From assembly GCA_947589595.1 (NCBI GenBank), contig CANQBV010000001.1, positions 67,223-131,222 of the forward strand: a stretch of 64,000 nucleotides of DNA, written 5' to 3'. This DNA comes from an uncultured Clostridia bacterium (GTDB lineage: Bacteria > Bacillota > Clostridia > Oscillospirales > SIG627). Below the pieces are notes generated by a model. That model did not search any database. It was given only the letters and a program-made list of their open reading frames with translations, and had not been told where the DNA came from. The stretch's first letter is position 1. Every line of letters begins with the position of its first letter. Positions 11,129 to 22,181 of this stretch are shown here, piece after piece. The translations under genes and the position numbers were made by a program.

Positions 11129-12463
11129 ATGAACAAAGAAAATCCCAATTCCGGCAAATCCAGCCGCTCCGTTTCGAACGGGAACCAGGATCGCACCCGT
11201 TTGGGTTCTTCCATCACCGCGCAGAACGCGGCCGTTTCCCGCGTGCAGGACAAGTCCGATGCCACGCGCGTCGGCTCTGCCGTGCGCCCGCAAAAGCCCA
11301 AAACGGCTCCGGCAAAGCCCGGCCCTCAGCAGGGAAAAAAGAAAAACCCCAAGGAGGCTTCCGCTGAAAACTGGAAGGCGCTGCGTTCCACGGCTGTGCG
11401 CGCTCTGCTGTATATTGCGTTTGTGGCAGTTATTTCCACGGTGCTCTCCGTTTTTGGCATTCGCTGGGCAAACGACGTGTTTGCGTTGGTGAAGGATGAA
11501 ATCACCTGCGAGGTCGAGATCCCCGAAAACGCCACCATTTCCGAGGTCGCTTCCATTTTAAAGCAAAAAGGGATCATTGAATATCCGTTTATTTTCCGGA
11601 TGTATGTGGGTTACAAGCACCGCAACGACGATCCGGCGCTTTCGTTTCGCGCAGGAAGCTACGAAATCAAAAGCACCATGAATTTCGACCAGATCGTGAA
11701 TGCCATTAAATACCGGCGCTCCCGTACCATTGTAAAGCTTATGATTCCCGAAGGATATTCGATCAATGAGATGATTGATCTCTTTCTCGAACAGGGGATC
11801 GGCACGCGAGAGGGCTTTGTGGAAGCGATCAATCATTACGACTACGAATATCGCTTTATGGATGCGCTGAACCAGCTGGAGCTTTCCGAGGACAGGGTCT
11901 ACCGCCTGGAGGGCTACCTGTTTCCCGATACTTACGAATTTTATACCGATTCCAGCGAGGTCGATATTGTCGATAAAATGCTGGCAAACTTCGATTCAAA
12001 ATTCGAAGAAGGGTACTATGCCCGCTGCGAGGAGCTGCACTACAACATCGACCAGGTAATCACCCTGGCCTCGATCGTGCAGGGCGAGGGAAAAATCAAC
12101 AGCGAATTCTATACGATCGCCGGGGTGTTTTACAACCGTCTGGCCTCGCGCGACTACCCCAAGCTGGAGTCGGAGGCGACGATCCAGTATTGCCTGAATA
12201 CGCATAAGGAAGATTTGACGCAGAGCGATCTGAATATCGACAATCCCTACAACACCTATCTCTACAACGGTCTGCCGCCCGGAGCGATCTGCAATCCCGG
12301 CTGGGAGGCCATTCAGGCGGCGCTGTATCCCGAAAGCCATTCGTATTACTATATTTTGGCGGATACCGACGGCTCCACTCTCTTTGCCAAAACGCTGCCG
12401 GAGCATTTGAACAATATCGCCGCCGTTGCCCGTGCTAAGGAAAACGGCACCAGCGTGGATTGA
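11129..12463 (+). CDS. mltG: Endolytic murein transglycosylase MltG (YceG-like) with a long disordered N-terminal tail
   Basis: About 85-aa basic/Pro-rich tail, one TM helix, a LysM-like segment and a YceG catalytic region (LASIVQGEG). Confidence 0.88.
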   Translation: MNKENPNSGKSSRSVSNGNQDRTRLGSSITAQNAAVSRVQDKSDATRVGSAVRPQKPKTAPAKPGPQQGKKKNPKEASAENWKALRSTAVRALLYIAFVAVISTVLSVFGIRWANDVFALVKDEITCEVEIPENATISEVASILKQKGIIEYPFIFRMYVGYKHRNDDPALSFRAGSYEIKSTMNFDQIVNAIKYRRSRTIVKLMIPEGYSINEMIDLFLEQGIGTREGFVEAINHYDYEYRFMDALNQLELSEDRVYRLEGYLFPDTYEFYTDSSEVDIVDKMLANFDSKFEEGYYARCEELHYNIDQVITLASIVQGEGKINSEFYTIAGVFYNRLASRDYPKLESEATIQYCLNTHKEDLTQSDLNIDNPYNTYLYNGLPPGAICNPGWEAIQAALYPESHSYYYILADTDGSTLFAKTLPEHLNNIAAVARAKENGTSVD

Positions 12464-12482
12464 TTCAGAAAGGAATTTGTTT

Positions 12483-13826
12483 TTGGAAATCACACTTTTC
12501 ATTCTCGCTTGCCTGACCCTGTCGGCTTCTGTTTTTACGCTGATCGTTTCGCTGAAAAATCGCACGATCGGTACAGATCACGGAAAAGAATGGGACAAGC
12601 AAAACGAAAAAATTGAGAAAGCCCTCTCGGCGACCCGGCAGGAAATGGCGGCTCAGCTGCAGAGCGCGCTGGCTTCCTTTTCCGCCAGCTTTGCCGAGAA
12701 CCAGAAACTGATCTTTCAGCAGCAGGACAAGCGGCTGGAGGAGGTTTCACGCGCGCTTTCCGAAACGCTGGAGGCTTTTCGCAAAACGCTGGATTCTTCG
12801 GTAAAAAGCATTGATCTGCGCATGGCGGAAATGAGCGCCCAGCAGGAAAAGAACGCGCAGGCGCTCCGCACTACCGTGGACGCCAAGCTCACCGAGCTCC
12901 GCCAGGGCAACGAAAAAAGCCTGGGTGAAATCAAAGCCAGTGTGGACGAAAAGCTGCAGACCACGCTTGAGGAGCGCATCAGCCGCTCGTTTCGCGAGGT
13001 CAGCACCCGCCTTGCCGAGGTCTATAAGGGACTCGGCGAAATGCAGACGCTGGCGAACGGCGTGGGCGATTTAAAGAGAGTGCTTTCCAACGTCAAAACG
13101 CGCGGCATTTTAGGCGAGATCCAGCTTGGCGCGATTTTGGAGGAGATCCTTTCTCCCGAGCAGTATGAAACGAACGTCGCCACTGTGCCGAATTCCGCGA
13201 ACCGTGTGGAATTTGCCGTCAAGCTGCCGGGGCAGAACGCCGGCGAATTCGTCTATCTTCCCATCGATTCCAAATTTCCATCCGATGCGTACCTGGCGTT
13301 GCAGGATGCTTATGAGTCCGGCGATCCCGAAGCGGTCAAAGCCCAGTCGGCGGAATTGGCGGGCCGGATCAAAGCCTTTGCCAAGGACATTCAAACCAAA
13401 TATATCAGTGCGCCGCACACGACCGACTTTGCCATTATGTTTCTGCCCACCGAGGGACTGTATGCCGAGGTGGTAAAAATGGGCATGGTGGAGGTGCTGC
13501 AGCGCAGCTATAAAATCAATATCGCCGGGCCGACCACCATGGCGGCGCTGTTGAACTCCCTGCAAACAGGCTTCCGTACTTTAGCGATCCAAAAGCGTTC
13601 CGGCGAGGTCTGGGAAATTCTGGGCGCTGTGAAAACGGAATTTGATAAATTTGAATCCGCGCTGAAAGATGCGCAGGCGCGCCTTGAGCAGGCAAGCCGC
13701 GGACTGGACAATCTGGTCGGCGTGCGTACTCGGCAGATCCAGCGGAAGCTGAAAAGCGTTTCCGCTCTGCCGGAAACGGAATCGGCTCAATGGTTGGAGG
13801 AGGTGCCCGGTGGCGGAGAAAAATAG
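12483..13826 (+). CDS. rmuC: DNA recombination protein RmuC
   Basis: N-terminal TM helix, long coiled-coil, and a C-terminal RmuC nuclease-like core ([16 protein letters not shown]). The start is uncertain: either TTG 12483 after AGGAA, or the track ATG at 12426 that overlaps mltG by 38 nt. Confidence 0.82.
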   Translation: MEITLFILACLTLSASVFTLIVSLKNRTIGTDHGKEWDKQNEKIEKALSATRQEMAAQLQSALASFSASFAENQKLIFQQQDKRLEEVSRALSETLEAFRKTLDSSVKSIDLRMAEMSAQQEKNAQALRTTVDAKLTELRQGNEKSLGEIKASVDEKLQTTLEERISRSFREVSTRLAEVYKGLGEMQTLANGVGDLKRVLSNVKTRGILGEIQLGAILEEILSPEQYETNVATVPNSANRVEFAVKLPGQNAGEFVYLPIDSKFPSDAYLALQDAYESGDPEAVKAQSAELAGRIKAFAKDIQTKYISAPHTTDFAIMFLPTEGLYAEVVKMGMVEVLQRSYKINIAGPTTMAALLNSLQTGFRTLAIQKRSGEVWEILGAVKTEFDKFESALKDAQARLEQASRGLDNLVGVRTRQIQRKLKSVSALPETESAQWLEEVPGGGEK

Positions 13827-14286
13827 TGCGCTGAAAACCATCGCCTCCAACCGCAAGGCGTACCACGATTATTTTGTGGAGGAAAGCTTCGAAGCCGGGA
13901 TCGAGCTGTTCGGCACCGAGGTCAAATCCCTGCGTCAGGGCACCTGCAATTTAAAAGATTCCTATCTTATCATCGAAAACGGCGAGCTTTTTGCCAAAGG
14001 GATCCATATCAGTCCCTATGAAAAGGGCAACATTTTCAACCGCGATCCGCTGCGGATCCGTCGGCTTTTAATGCATAAAAAAGAAATTCTCAAGCTGAAA
14101 AGCGCCGCCGAGCGCGACGGGTACACCCTGATCCCGCTTTCCCTGTATCTGAAAAACGGCAGAGTCAAGGTGCAGGTGGGAATCTGCAAGGGAAAAAAAC
14201 TATACGACAAACGCGAATCCGCCCTCAAAAAGGAACGGGAGCGCGAAAACAGGAGAGCGGTCAAACTGCAGGATCGGGACAGATAA
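13810..14286 (+). CDS. smpB: SsrA-binding protein SmpB
   Basis: [12 protein letters not shown]... signature, 158 aa, GTG start overlapping the rmuC end. Confidence 0.95.
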   Translation: MAEKNSALKTIASNRKAYHDYFVEESFEAGIELFGTEVKSLRQGTCNLKDSYLIIENGELFAKGIHISPYEKGNIFNRDPLRIRRLLMHKKEILKLKSAAERDGYTLIPLSLYLKNGRVKVQVGICKGKKLYDKRESALKKERERENRRAVKLQDRDR

Positions 14287-14292
14287 AATCAT

Positions 14293-16092
14293 ATGGAAAA
14301 GAACATTCGCAATTTTTGTATCATCGCCCATATCGACCACGGGAAATCCACTCTTGCCGACCGGATCCTCGAAGCCACCGGTACGGTGGAAAAACGGGAA
14401 ATGGAAGAGCAGGTGCTGGACGATATGGAACTGGAGCGCGAGCGCGGCATCACCATTAAAGCGCGCGCCGTTTCGCTTTCGTACCGTGCCGATAATGGGG
14501 AAGACTATGAATTCAACCTCATCGATACCCCCGGCCACGTAGACTTTAACTATGAGGTCTCGCGTTCGCTGCGCGCCTGCGAGGGGGCGCTTCTGGTCGT
14601 AGACGCCACGCAGGGCATTCAGGCGCAAACGCTGGCGAATGCATACCTGGCGGTCGATAACGACTTGGAAATTCTGCCGGTCATCAATAAAATCGATCTG
14701 CCCGCTGCCAACCCCGAAAAAGTGAAAAACGAAATTGAGGACGTGATCGGTATCCCGGCAAAGGACGCGCCCGAGGTTTCCGCCAAAACGGGGCTGAATA
14801 TCCACGCGGTGCTGGAGGCGATCGTGCACGGCATCCCGGCGCCGAAAAGCGAGGAAGAGAAACCCTTAAAGGCTCTGATTTTTGATTCGTTTTACGATTC
14901 CTATAAGGGTGTGATCGTGTATTTCCGCGTGTTTGAAGGAAAAATTTCCCGCGGGGATCGTATCCGCCTGATGAGCACCGGCGCGGAGTTTGACGTGACC
15001 GAGGTCGGCCGGATGCAGACCTTCGGCCTTTCCCCCTGCGAAAGTCTTGCCGCCGGCGAGGTGGGATATTTTACCGCTTCCATCAAAACCCTGCGGGAAA
15101 CCCGTGTGGGCGATACCATTACCCTGGCGGAAAATCCCACTCCGGTCGCCTTTGAAGGCTTTCAAAAGGCGCTGCCCGTGGTGTTTTCCGGTATTTATCC
15201 GGCAGACGGCGCGCGCTATAACGATTTGCGCGAAGCGCTGGAAAAATTGCAGCTCAACGACGCGTCCCTTTCCTTTGAGCCGGAAACCAGCGCCGCGCTC
15301 GGCTTTGGTTTCCGCTGCGGCTTTTTGGGGCTTCTGCACATGGAAGTGATTCAGGAAAGGCTGGAGAGGGAATTCAACCTTGACCTGATCACTACCGCCC
15401 CGAGCGTAATTTACCGCCTGCAATTGACAAGCGGCGATACGATTGAAATCGACAATCCCTCCAACTACCCGGCGGCGGAGAACATTGCCCAGGCGTTCGA
15501 GCCGGTGGTGCGCGCCAGTATTATTACCCCGGTGGAATTTGTGGGCGGGATCATGGATCTTTGCCAGGACAGGCGCGGGGAATTTGCGGATATGAAATAC
15601 ATCACGCCCACCCGCGCGGAGCTGCACTACAAGCTGCCGCTTAATGAAATCGTGTACGATTTCTTCGACGCTTTAAAATCCCGCAGCAAGGGCTACGCCT
15701 CGTTTGATTACAGCCATACCGAATACGCGCCCGCAAGCCTTGTCAAGCTGGATATTCTTTTAAACGGCGACGTCGTGGATGCGCTTTCTTTTATCGTCCA
15801 TTCGGAAAAAGCCTACCCGAGAGCGCGGCGCATTGTGGAAAAATTGAAAGAAAACATCCCGCGCCAGCTCTTTGAAATTCCCGTGCAGGCCGCTATCGGC
15901 GGCAGGGTCATTGCGCGCGAAACGGTAAAGGCCATGCGCAAGGACGTGCTTGCCAAGTGTTACGGCGGCGATATCACGCGGAAGAAAAAGCTTTTGGAGA
16001 AGCAAAAAGAGGGCAAAAAGAAAATGCGTTCCCTCGGCTCCGTGGAGGTGCCGCAGGAGGCGTTTATGGCGGTGCTCAAGCTGGATGAATAA
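14293..16092 (+). CDS. lepA: Translation elongation factor 4 (LepA)
   Basis: GTPase motifs AHIDHGKST and DTPGH, LepA-specific C-terminal domain, 599 aa. Confidence 0.98.
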   Translation: MEKNIRNFCIIAHIDHGKSTLADRILEATGTVEKREMEEQVLDDMELERERGITIKARAVSLSYRADNGEDYEFNLIDTPGHVDFNYEVSRSLRACEGALLVVDATQGIQAQTLANAYLAVDNDLEILPVINKIDLPAANPEKVKNEIEDVIGIPAKDAPEVSAKTGLNIHAVLEAIVHGIPAPKSEEEKPLKALIFDSFYDSYKGVIVYFRVFEGKISRGDRIRLMSTGAEFDVTEVGRMQTFGLSPCESLAAGEVGYFTASIKTLRETRVGDTITLAENPTPVAFEGFQKALPVVFSGIYPADGARYNDLREALEKLQLNDASLSFEPETSAALGFGFRCGFLGLLHMEVIQERLEREFNLDLITTAPSVIYRLQLTSGDTIEIDNPSNYPAAENIAQAFEPVVRASIITPVEFVGGIMDLCQDRRGEFADMKYITPTRAELHYKLPLNEIVYDFFDALKSRSKGYASFDYSHTEYAPASLVKLDILLNGDVVDALSFIVHSEKAYPRARRIVEKLKENIPRQLFEIPVQAAIGGRVIARETVKAMRKDVLAKCYGGDITRKKKLLEKQKEGKKKMRSLGSVEVPQEAFMAVLKLDE

Positions 16093-17200
16093 AATCGGCC
16101 TGTATTTTCACGTTCCGTTTTGCCGCCAAAAATGCGCCTATTGCGATTTTTATTCCGTTACAGATCCATCGCTCCTTGCCCCGTATATAGAAAAAAGCGC
16201 GGAAATGCTTTTGCTTTGGCGGGAACCGCTGAAGGACTATGAAATCGACACCGTGTATTTCGGCGGCGGTACGCCGAGCCTTTTGGAAAAAGAGGACTGG
16301 GAACGCCTTTTGGGCGCAATGCGCGAAAATTTTTCTTTTGCGCCCGATTGCGAGATCACGGCCGAGATGAACCCCGAAACCGTCACCGCGGAAAAGCTGG
16401 CGGCTTTTACTGCCTTTGGCGGAAATCGCCTCAGCCTGGGGATGCAGTCCGCAAATCAAACGGAGCTTGCCCGGATCGGCCGAAAGCACAGCCCGGCCGA
16501 TTGCGAACGCGCCGTCGCCCTGGCGCGGCGGGCGGGCATTCGGAACGTTAGCCTGGATCTGATTTTTGCCCTGCCGGAGCAAACGGAAAAAGGGTGGCTC
16601 CAAAATCTTGAAACCGCCATGTCGTTTTCTCCGGAGCATCTTTCCTTTTATTGCCTGACCTTGGCAGAGCACGTGCCGCTTTATGCGCAAAGAAGCGCGC
16701 TCCCTTCCGAGGAGGAACAGCAGAAAATGTATTGTTCCGGGATCGGGCTTTTAGAAAAGCACGGCTATTTGCAGTACGAAATTTCCAACGCCGCCAGGCC
16801 CGGCTTTGAATCCCGGCATAACTTAAAATACTGGCGCCGGGAGGAGTACCTCGGCATCGGTCCCGGCGCGCATTCCTTTTTCGGGGGAAAGCGTTTTTCG
16901 TTCGCCGCCGACGTGCACCGTTTTTTGACTGCCAAAAAATGGGAAGACGCACTGGAAACGTGCGAAGCGGTTTTGCCGGCGGACGCCGCTGAAGAAAGGA
17001 TCATGCTCTCGCTACGCCTTGCCGAGGGACTGAACCTTGCCGGATTGGAACGGGAAGCTGGCGCCGAAAAGCGATTTTTGGTGGAAAAAAAGCTTTCCGC
17101 GCTTCTTCCGCACGGCCTTTGCCGAAAAACCGAAACCGGCTATGCTTTGACCCCCAAGGGTTTTTTTGTCTCGAACGAAATCATTTCGCAACTGATCTGA
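16085..17200 (+). CDS. hemW: Radical SAM heme chaperone HemW (coproporphyrinogen III oxidase-like)
   Basis: [10 protein letters not shown] radical-SAM motif near an N-terminus that begins [12 protein letters not shown]. Conserved lepA-hemW adjacency. The track extension to 15950 lies inside lepA. Confidence 0.9.
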   Translation: MNKIGLYFHVPFCRQKCAYCDFYSVTDPSLLAPYIEKSAEMLLLWREPLKDYEIDTVYFGGGTPSLLEKEDWERLLGAMRENFSFAPDCEITAEMNPETVTAEKLAAFTAFGGNRLSLGMQSANQTELARIGRKHSPADCERAVALARRAGIRNVSLDLIFALPEQTEKGWLQNLETAMSFSPEHLSFYCLTLAEHVPLYAQRSALPSEEEQQKMYCSGIGLLEKHGYLQYEISNAARPGFESRHNLKYWRREEYLGIGPGAHSFFGGKRFSFAADVHRFLTAKKWEDALETCEAVLPADAAEERIMLSLRLAEGLNLAGLEREAGAEKRFLVEKKLSALLPHGLCRKTETGYALTPKGFFVSNEIISQLI

Positions 17201-17211
17201 AAGGAAAATCT

Positions 17212-17775
17212 ATGAAACTGAACACGAAAATTTTTATGATACTCCTGGCGCTCGCGCTCTGCGCGACGGGTTTTTTCGCCTGCGCCAAGGAGGAGGAAAC
17301 GGATTTGCCCGAAGGGTATCTTCTGGCGGAAAACCCCGGCGGGGATTATGACTTTTATTACCCCGAAACCTGGCTCCTGGATCGCAGCGACGCGGGGCTC
17401 GTTTCCGCACACGCCAGCGACGGCGACTTTTCCAATGTCAATATCACCGCCATCACGGCGCCGTCGCTGTATCCTACCTTGGCCTCTTACGCGGAGCATT
17501 TTTACTTTGAACAGTTCCGGGATTATTTTCAGAATCTGACCTTGCCGGAAAACGAGGACGGCACGCCCAAAATCACGGCGCTCACCGTAGACGGGTACGA
17601 GGCGATTTTTATCGATTACAGCGCCTTTTTCGGCGAGGAGGAATATGCTTTCCGCACCTATCTTGTTTCGTGCGGCGGCAATATTTATAACCTGACTTAT
17701 ACCGCAAAAGCCGAGCTTTTCCAGACGCATCTTGACGAGGTGGAGGGAATTGTGGCGAACATTCGTTTTCACTAA
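17212..17775 (+). CDS. Probable secreted/lipoprotein of unknown function
   Basis: Signal peptide MKLNTKIFMILLALALCATGFFAC with a lipobox-like FFAC. GGAAAATC lies upstream of the ATG. No family recognised. Confidence 0.55.
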   Translation: MKLNTKIFMILLALALCATGFFACAKEEETDLPEGYLLAENPGGDYDFYYPETWLLDRSDAGLVSAHASDGDFSNVNITAITAPSLYPTLASYAEHFYFEQFRDYFQNLTLPENEDGTPKITALTVDGYEAIFIDYSAFFGEEEYAFRTYLVSCGGNIYNLTYTAKAELFQTHLDEVEGIVANIRFH

Positions 17776-17790
17776 ACCCGGGAGGAAACT

Positions 17791-18867
17791 ATGAAAGAAA
17801 AAAACATCAAGGAGCGCGTCGGAAAAGTCGGCGGGCAGGCGGTTCTGGAGGGCGTGATGATGCGCGGCAAAACCGGCTATACCACGGCCGTGCGCAAGCC
17901 GGACGGCAGCATTGTGCGCGACACGCACCCCAATGAGATCCGCAAAAGAAACTTCTTTCTGCGGCTGCCGGTGGTGCGCGGTGTGGCGTCCTTTGTCGAG
18001 AGTATGATTCTCTCCTTTTCCACGCTGAATTTTGCAGCGGAATCGCTCGAAATCGAAGAAGAGACGGCTTTTGAAAAATGGCTCGCCAAAATCTTCGGCA
18101 AAAGCCTGACCGCGATCATCATGGCGATCGGTACCGTGCTGGGGGTTCTTCTCGGCGTGGGGCTGTTCCTTCTGCTGCCGGCGTGGATTTCCGGCTTTAT
18201 CCCCTCGCCCGTATGGCGTCGTATTTTCGAGGGGGTTCTGCGCATTGCGATCTTTTTGAGCTATATTGCACTGATTTCCCTGATGAACGATATCAAACGC
18301 ACTTTCATGTACCACGGCGCCGAGCACAAAAGTATTTTTTGCTATGAAAAAGGGCTGGAGCTGACGGTGGAAAACGTACGGAAACAAAAGCGTTTTCACC
18401 CGCGCTGCGGCACCAGCTTTATGTTCCTTATGATGTTCGTGGGCGTTTTGATCGGCCTTATTATCGGCGTGGTGTTTCCCGCCGCGAAGGAAAACACCTG
18501 GCTCTATGTCGGCATTAAGATCCTGCTGCTGCCGGTCACCATGGGACTGGGCTATGAAATCATCCGCTATGCCGGCAAGCACGACAACGCCGTGATCCGC
18601 GTTTTCACCGCTCCCGGACTCTGGATCCAGCGCCTGACGACAAAAGAGCCGACGGACGATATGATCGAAGTCGCCATTGTGGCGCTCAAATCCGCCTTGC
18701 CCGAGGAATTCCCGGAGGAAGAGGTTTTTGCCGGGATCTCTCTGCCCGAAAAAGAAGAAGCGCCCGAAAGTGCACCCGCAGAGGAAAACGCGCCTGCCGA
18801 AGTGAATATGCCCGCAGAGGAAACGGCGCCCGCAAAAGAAAATACGCCCCCGGAGGGAAAAGCATGA
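17791..18867 (+). CDS. DUF1385-family membrane protein (YqhQ-like) with a repetitive acidic C-terminal tail
   Basis: GGQAVLEGVMMRG N-terminus, multiple TM helices and an HGAEHK motif, all typical of DUF1385. It is translationally coupled to prmC (ATGA overlap). Confidence 0.85.
   Translation: MKEKNIKERVGKVGGQAVLEGVMMRGKTGYTTAVRKPDGSIVRDTHPNEIRKRNFFLRLPVVRGVASFVESMILSFSTLNFAAESLEIEEETAFEKWLAKIFGKSLTAIIMAIGTVLGVLLGVGLFLLLPAWISGFIPSPVWRRIFEGVLRIAIFLSYIALISLMNDIKRTFMYHGAEHKSIFCYEKGLELTVENVRKQKRFHPRCGTSFMFLMMFVGVLIGLIIGVVFPAAKENTWLYVGIKILLLPVTMGLGYEIIRYAGKHDNAVIRVFTAPGLWIQRLTTKEPTDDMIEVAIVALKSALPEEFPEEEVFAGISLPEKEEAPESAPAEENAPAEVNMPAEETAPAKENTPPEGKA
18772..18861 (+). repeat. Five tandem imperfect 18-nt repeats encoding the hexapeptides APAEEN/APAEVN/MPAEET/APAKEN/TPPEGK
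   Basis: Read directly from the 3' end of the DUF1385 gene. A sixth degenerate copy (EEAPES) precedes it at 18754. Confidence 0.8.
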
Positions 18868-19715
18868 CCGTGTTGGAACTGACCCGCACGGTCATCTCTT
18901 TACATCGAGAAATGGGTGGGGAAGCCTATTTCAGTGCCGGGGAGCTTGTCGCCGCGCTGCTCGAAAAAAACGGACTCCCGCGCGAGGCGCGGCTGCTGGA
19001 GCCGGAAAAGGCGCTTCCCGAAGCGCTTTCCCACAAAATGCTGGCTGAAGCCAAAGCGCTTTTGGACGGCGCGCCTTTACAATACTATCTCGGCACGCAG
19101 TTTTTTGACGGAGAAGAATACCTCTGCCGCGAAAAGGTGCTCATTCCCCGGCGTGATTCCGAAGTGCTGGTGCGGGTGGGGGAGAGCTTTGTTCCCCGAA
19201 ACGCGAAGGTTTTTGATTTTTGCTGCGGTTCCGGCTGTATCGGGATTGCGCTTTTGCGCCGCCGCGCGGATTTGGCTTGCCATTCTTTTGATCTTTCCCC
19301 CGAAGCGCTGGCACTGACGGCGGATAATGCGGCAAAGCTTGCCGTAAGGGACAGGCTTTCGGTGACCGGGCTGGACGTTCTTTCCCCGGCGGCCGAAGAA
19401 GCGCTTTTGCGGGAGCGCCCGGCGCTGGTGCTTTCGAACCCGCCCTATATCCCGACCGGGGAAATCGCCGCTTTGCCGGCCAATGTGCGCCGCGAGCCGA
19501 AGCTTGCGTTGGACGGCGGCGCGGACGGGCTGGCGTTTTACCGGCGGTTCCTTTTGCTGTGCAAAAAAACGGGCGTTCCGTTTGCCGTTGAAATTGGCAA
19601 GGATCAGGAAAAAGAGATCTTTCTTTTTGCCGAAAAGGCGGAGCTTTCCTGCAAAGCGTTCCCGGATGAAAGCGGAATTCTGCGCTGCCTTCTGATTGGA
19701 GAAAATGTGGTTTAA
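18864..19715 (+). CDS. prmC: Release factor glutamine N5-methyltransferase PrmC (HemK)
   Basis: NPPY catalytic motif (LSNPPYIP) and SAM-binding [10 protein letters not shown], 283 aa. Confidence 0.92.
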   Translation: MTVLELTRTVISLHREMGGEAYFSAGELVAALLEKNGLPREARLLEPEKALPEALSHKMLAEAKALLDGAPLQYYLGTQFFDGEEYLCREKVLIPRRDSEVLVRVGESFVPRNAKVFDFCCGSGCIGIALLRRRADLACHSFDLSPEALALTADNAAKLAVRDRLSVTGLDVLSPAAEEALLRERPALVLSNPPYIPTGEIAALPANVRREPKLALDGGADGLAFYRRFLLLCKKTGVPFAVEIGKDQEKEIFLFAEKAELSCKAFPDESGILRCLLIGENVV

Positions 19716-19753
19716 AAATACGGAAAATCAGGGTGATTTTGGCGAAAAATCAC

Positions 19754-19782
19754 TTGCAATAGAGCGTGTATTATGTTATCAT
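19754..19782 (+). promoter_or_regulatory. Candidate sigma-A promoter of recA
   Basis: TTGCAA (19754-19759), 17-nt spacer, TGtTATCAT extended -10 (19774-19782), about 43 nt upstream of the recA ATG. Confidence 0.6.
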
Positions 19783-19824
19783 ATTTCCATGGATAATCTT
19801 TGTGTTGAGGAGGAAAATGCCCCA

Positions 19825-20940
19825 ATGGCAAAAGCAAAAGAAACAAAGGCCGCACCCGGCGGCAATGTGGAAGAAAACAGAGCAAAGGCACTTATGACCA
19901 CGCTCGGGCAGATCGAAAAGAAATTCGGCAAAGGTTCGATCATGAAGCTGGGCGAAAATTCCAAAATGAACGTCAGTGCAATTTCCACCGGTTCGCTTTC
20001 GCTGGACCTGGCGCTGGGCGTCGGCGGAATCCCGAAAGGGAGAATCACCGAAATATACGGGCCGGAATCCTCCGGTAAAACCACCGTCGCCCTGCAGGTC
20101 ATCGCCACCGCGCAAAAGCAGGGCGGCACGGCCGCGTTCATCGACGCGGAGCACGCGTTGGATCCGGTTTATGCCAAAGCGCTCGGCGTCAATGTGGACG
20201 AGCTTTTGGTCTCCCAGCCGGACAGCGGCGAACAGGCGCTGGAGATTGCCGAAGCGCTGGTGCGCAGCGACGCGGTAGACGTCATTGTTGTGGACTCCGT
20301 GGCGGCGCTCGTTCCCCGCGCCGAGATCGAGGGCGAAATGGGACAGGCCATGGTGGGCGTACAGGCGAGACTCATGTCACAGGCGCTGCGCAAAATTTCC
20401 GGCGCGATCGCCAAAAGCCAGTGCGCGTTTATCTTTATCAATCAGCTGCGTGAAAAAGTGGGCGTGATGTACGGCAATCCCGAGGTCACCACCGGCGGCC
20501 GGGCGCTGCGGTTCTATTCCTCCGTGCGCATCGACGTGCGCCGCGGCGAGCAGATTAAAAACAAAACGGAAGCCGTCGGCAATCATATCAAGTGCAAGAT
20601 CGCCAAAAACAAAGTCGCGCCGCCCTTCCGCGTAGCGGAATTCGATATTCTCTACGGCAAGGGCATCTCTCGCGAAAGCGAGATCATCGAAATGGGCCTC
20701 CGGTTCGATATCATTCAAAAGAGCGGCAGCTGGTTCTCTTATCAGGGCGAACGGATCGGTCAGGGCAAGGATAACGTGCGCATCTTTTTGCAGGAAAACC
20801 CCGCCCTTTCCGAAGAGATCAGCCAAAAGATTCTAAAGGCGTTTGAAACCAAGGGCGACGCCGAGCCCGTCAATTCCGAATCCCTTTTCGGGGAAGAGGA
20901 GGATGAAGAGGACGATCTCGACCTGGACGATCTGAACTGA
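19825..20940 (+). CDS. recA: Recombinase RecA
   Basis: Walker [10 protein letters not shown], full RecA core and an acidic C-terminal tail. The ATG at 19825 lies 11 nt after GAGGAGG. The track extension to 19696 runs through the promoter. Confidence 0.97.
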   Translation: MAKAKETKAAPGGNVEENRAKALMTTLGQIEKKFGKGSIMKLGENSKMNVSAISTGSLSLDLALGVGGIPKGRITEIYGPESSGKTTVALQVIATAQKQGGTAAFIDAEHALDPVYAKALGVNVDELLVSQPDSGEQALEIAEALVRSDAVDVIVVDSVAALVPRAEIEGEMGQAMVGVQARLMSQALRKISGAIAKSQCAFIFINQLREKVGVMYGNPEVTTGGRALRFYSSVRIDVRRGEQIKNKTEAVGNHIKCKIAKNKVAPPFRVAEFDILYGKGISRESEIIEMGLRFDIIQKSGSWFSYQGERIGQGKDNVRIFLQENPALSEEISQKILKAFETKGDAEPVNSESLFGEEEDEEDDLDLDDLN

Positions 20941-21014
20941 ATCGGATCGAGCCCTTTTCGATTCCCAAACGACACAGCAAACGAAAAAGACTGAAAACAG
21001 AACGGAGAAAGAAC

Positions 21015-22181
21015 ATGTTACAGACTGCACCGAATCATACCATCACCTGTGAGGAAATTTTCAAAGAACAGGATCGTGTGGCTCCCTTAAAAATCATTAC
21101 CCTTGAAGGCGCCAGCGAACTGGCGAAAAAAGTCGACTGGCACCTAGTTAATTGGGCGAGAAAGGCCGGCTGGGATATCGATACCTTCCTGCTTCCCGCC
21201 GAGTGTCCGCGCTTTACCTCCGGCGAAGCCAAGGGGATTATTTACGACTCCGTTCGCGGGGATGATCTTTTCGTTTGCGTCGATATCGGAAATTACAATG
21301 TAAAATATAATATGTTCGGCCATGAAAATCGCATGTCCTCGGACGATCATTACCAGGACTTAAAACGCATCATCCAGGCGGCCAGCGGCAAGGCGCACAC
21401 CATCTCCGTAGTGATGCCCATGCTCTACGGCGGCCGTCAGCACCGCCGGAATTACCGCGAATCGCTTGACTGTGCGTTTTCTCTGCAGGAGCTGCAGGGC
21501 ATGGGCGTGCGCAATCTCATTACCTTTGACGCGCACGACCCCCGCGTGCAGAACGCCGTGCCGCTTATGGGGATGGACAATTTCATGCCGTATTACCAGG
21601 TACTGAAAAGCATGTTCCGCGCCTATCCGGACCTGGTTCCCTGCAAGGACAATTTCATAGTCATCAGTCCCGACGAGGGCGCCATCAGCCGCAGTATGTA
21701 CTATGCCTCCGTTCTGGGCGTGAACATGGGGATGTTCTACAAGAGAAGAGACTATTCCAAAGTCGTCAACGGCCGCAACCCTATCGTGGCGCACGAATAC
21801 CTGGGCGAGGATGTGGAAGGAAAGGACGTCTTTATCGTGGATGATATCATTGCCTCCGGCGATTCGATCCTCGACATCGCCTATGAATTGAAATCCCGCA
21901 AGGCGAATCGGATCTTTGCTTATGCCACCTATTCCATTTTCACCGCCGGGTACGAAAAAATCGACAAAGCCTATCAGGACGGCATTCTGGCCGGGCTGTT
22001 CGGCACGAACTTAACGTACGTGAGCGAGGAGACCCGCTCGAAGCCGTGGTTTGTGGAGGTGGACGTTTCCAAATATCTGGCCTATATTATCGCTGCGCTG
22101 AACCACAATCTTTCCGTGACCGCGATCATTGACCCGCACGAAAAGATCGATGCTCTTTTGAAGAAGCGCGGCTTGCGCTGA
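21015..22181 (+). CDS. prs: Ribose-phosphate diphosphokinase (PRPP synthetase), long form
   Basis: DAHDPRVQN and the PRPP-binding loop VDDIIASGDS. At 388 aa it is longer than the roughly 315-aa class I enzymes. Confidence 0.88.
   Translation: MLQTAPNHTITCEEIFKEQDRVAPLKIITLEGASELAKKVDWHLVNWARKAGWDIDTFLLPAECPRFTSGEAKGIIYDSVRGDDLFVCVDIGNYNVKYNMFGHENRMSSDDHYQDLKRIIQAASGKAHTISVVMPMLYGGRQHRRNYRESLDCAFSLQELQGMGVRNLITFDAHDPRVQNAVPLMGMDNFMPYYQVLKSMFRAYPDLVPCKDNFIVISPDEGAISRSMYYASVLGVNMGMFYKRRDYSKVVNGRNPIVAHEYLGEDVEGKDVFIVDDIIASGDSILDIAYELKSRKANRIFAYATYSIFTAGYEKIDKAYQDGILAGLFGTNLTYVSEETRSKPWFVEVDVSKYLAYIIAALNHNLSVTAIIDPHEKIDALLKKRGLR

Noticed and set aside
14287-14292. Expectation of an ssrA (tmRNA) gene next to smpB
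   Set aside because: lepA starts 6 nt after the smpB stop, leaving no room for an RNA gene. I found no tRNA-like acceptor or T-arm sequence in any intergenic region of the window.
15950-16084. Upstream extensions of track ORFs: hemW (15950), rsmB (to 51904), fmt (to 52929), remA (to 56749), stp (to 49509), recA (19696), mraZ (32122), AI-2E (26044), pbp (34306), lipoprotein (17119), coaD (31506)
   Set aside because: In each case the extension overlaps the preceding gene or a promoter or terminator. An internal ATG/GTG/TTG with a good Shine-Dalgarno sequence gives the canonical family N-terminus.
17140-18582. 480-aa minus-strand ORF antisense to the lipoprotein and DUF1385 genes
   Set aside because: Same codon-aligned antisense phase as both sense genes, R/H/G-rich composition, and no start context. 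Shadow ORF.
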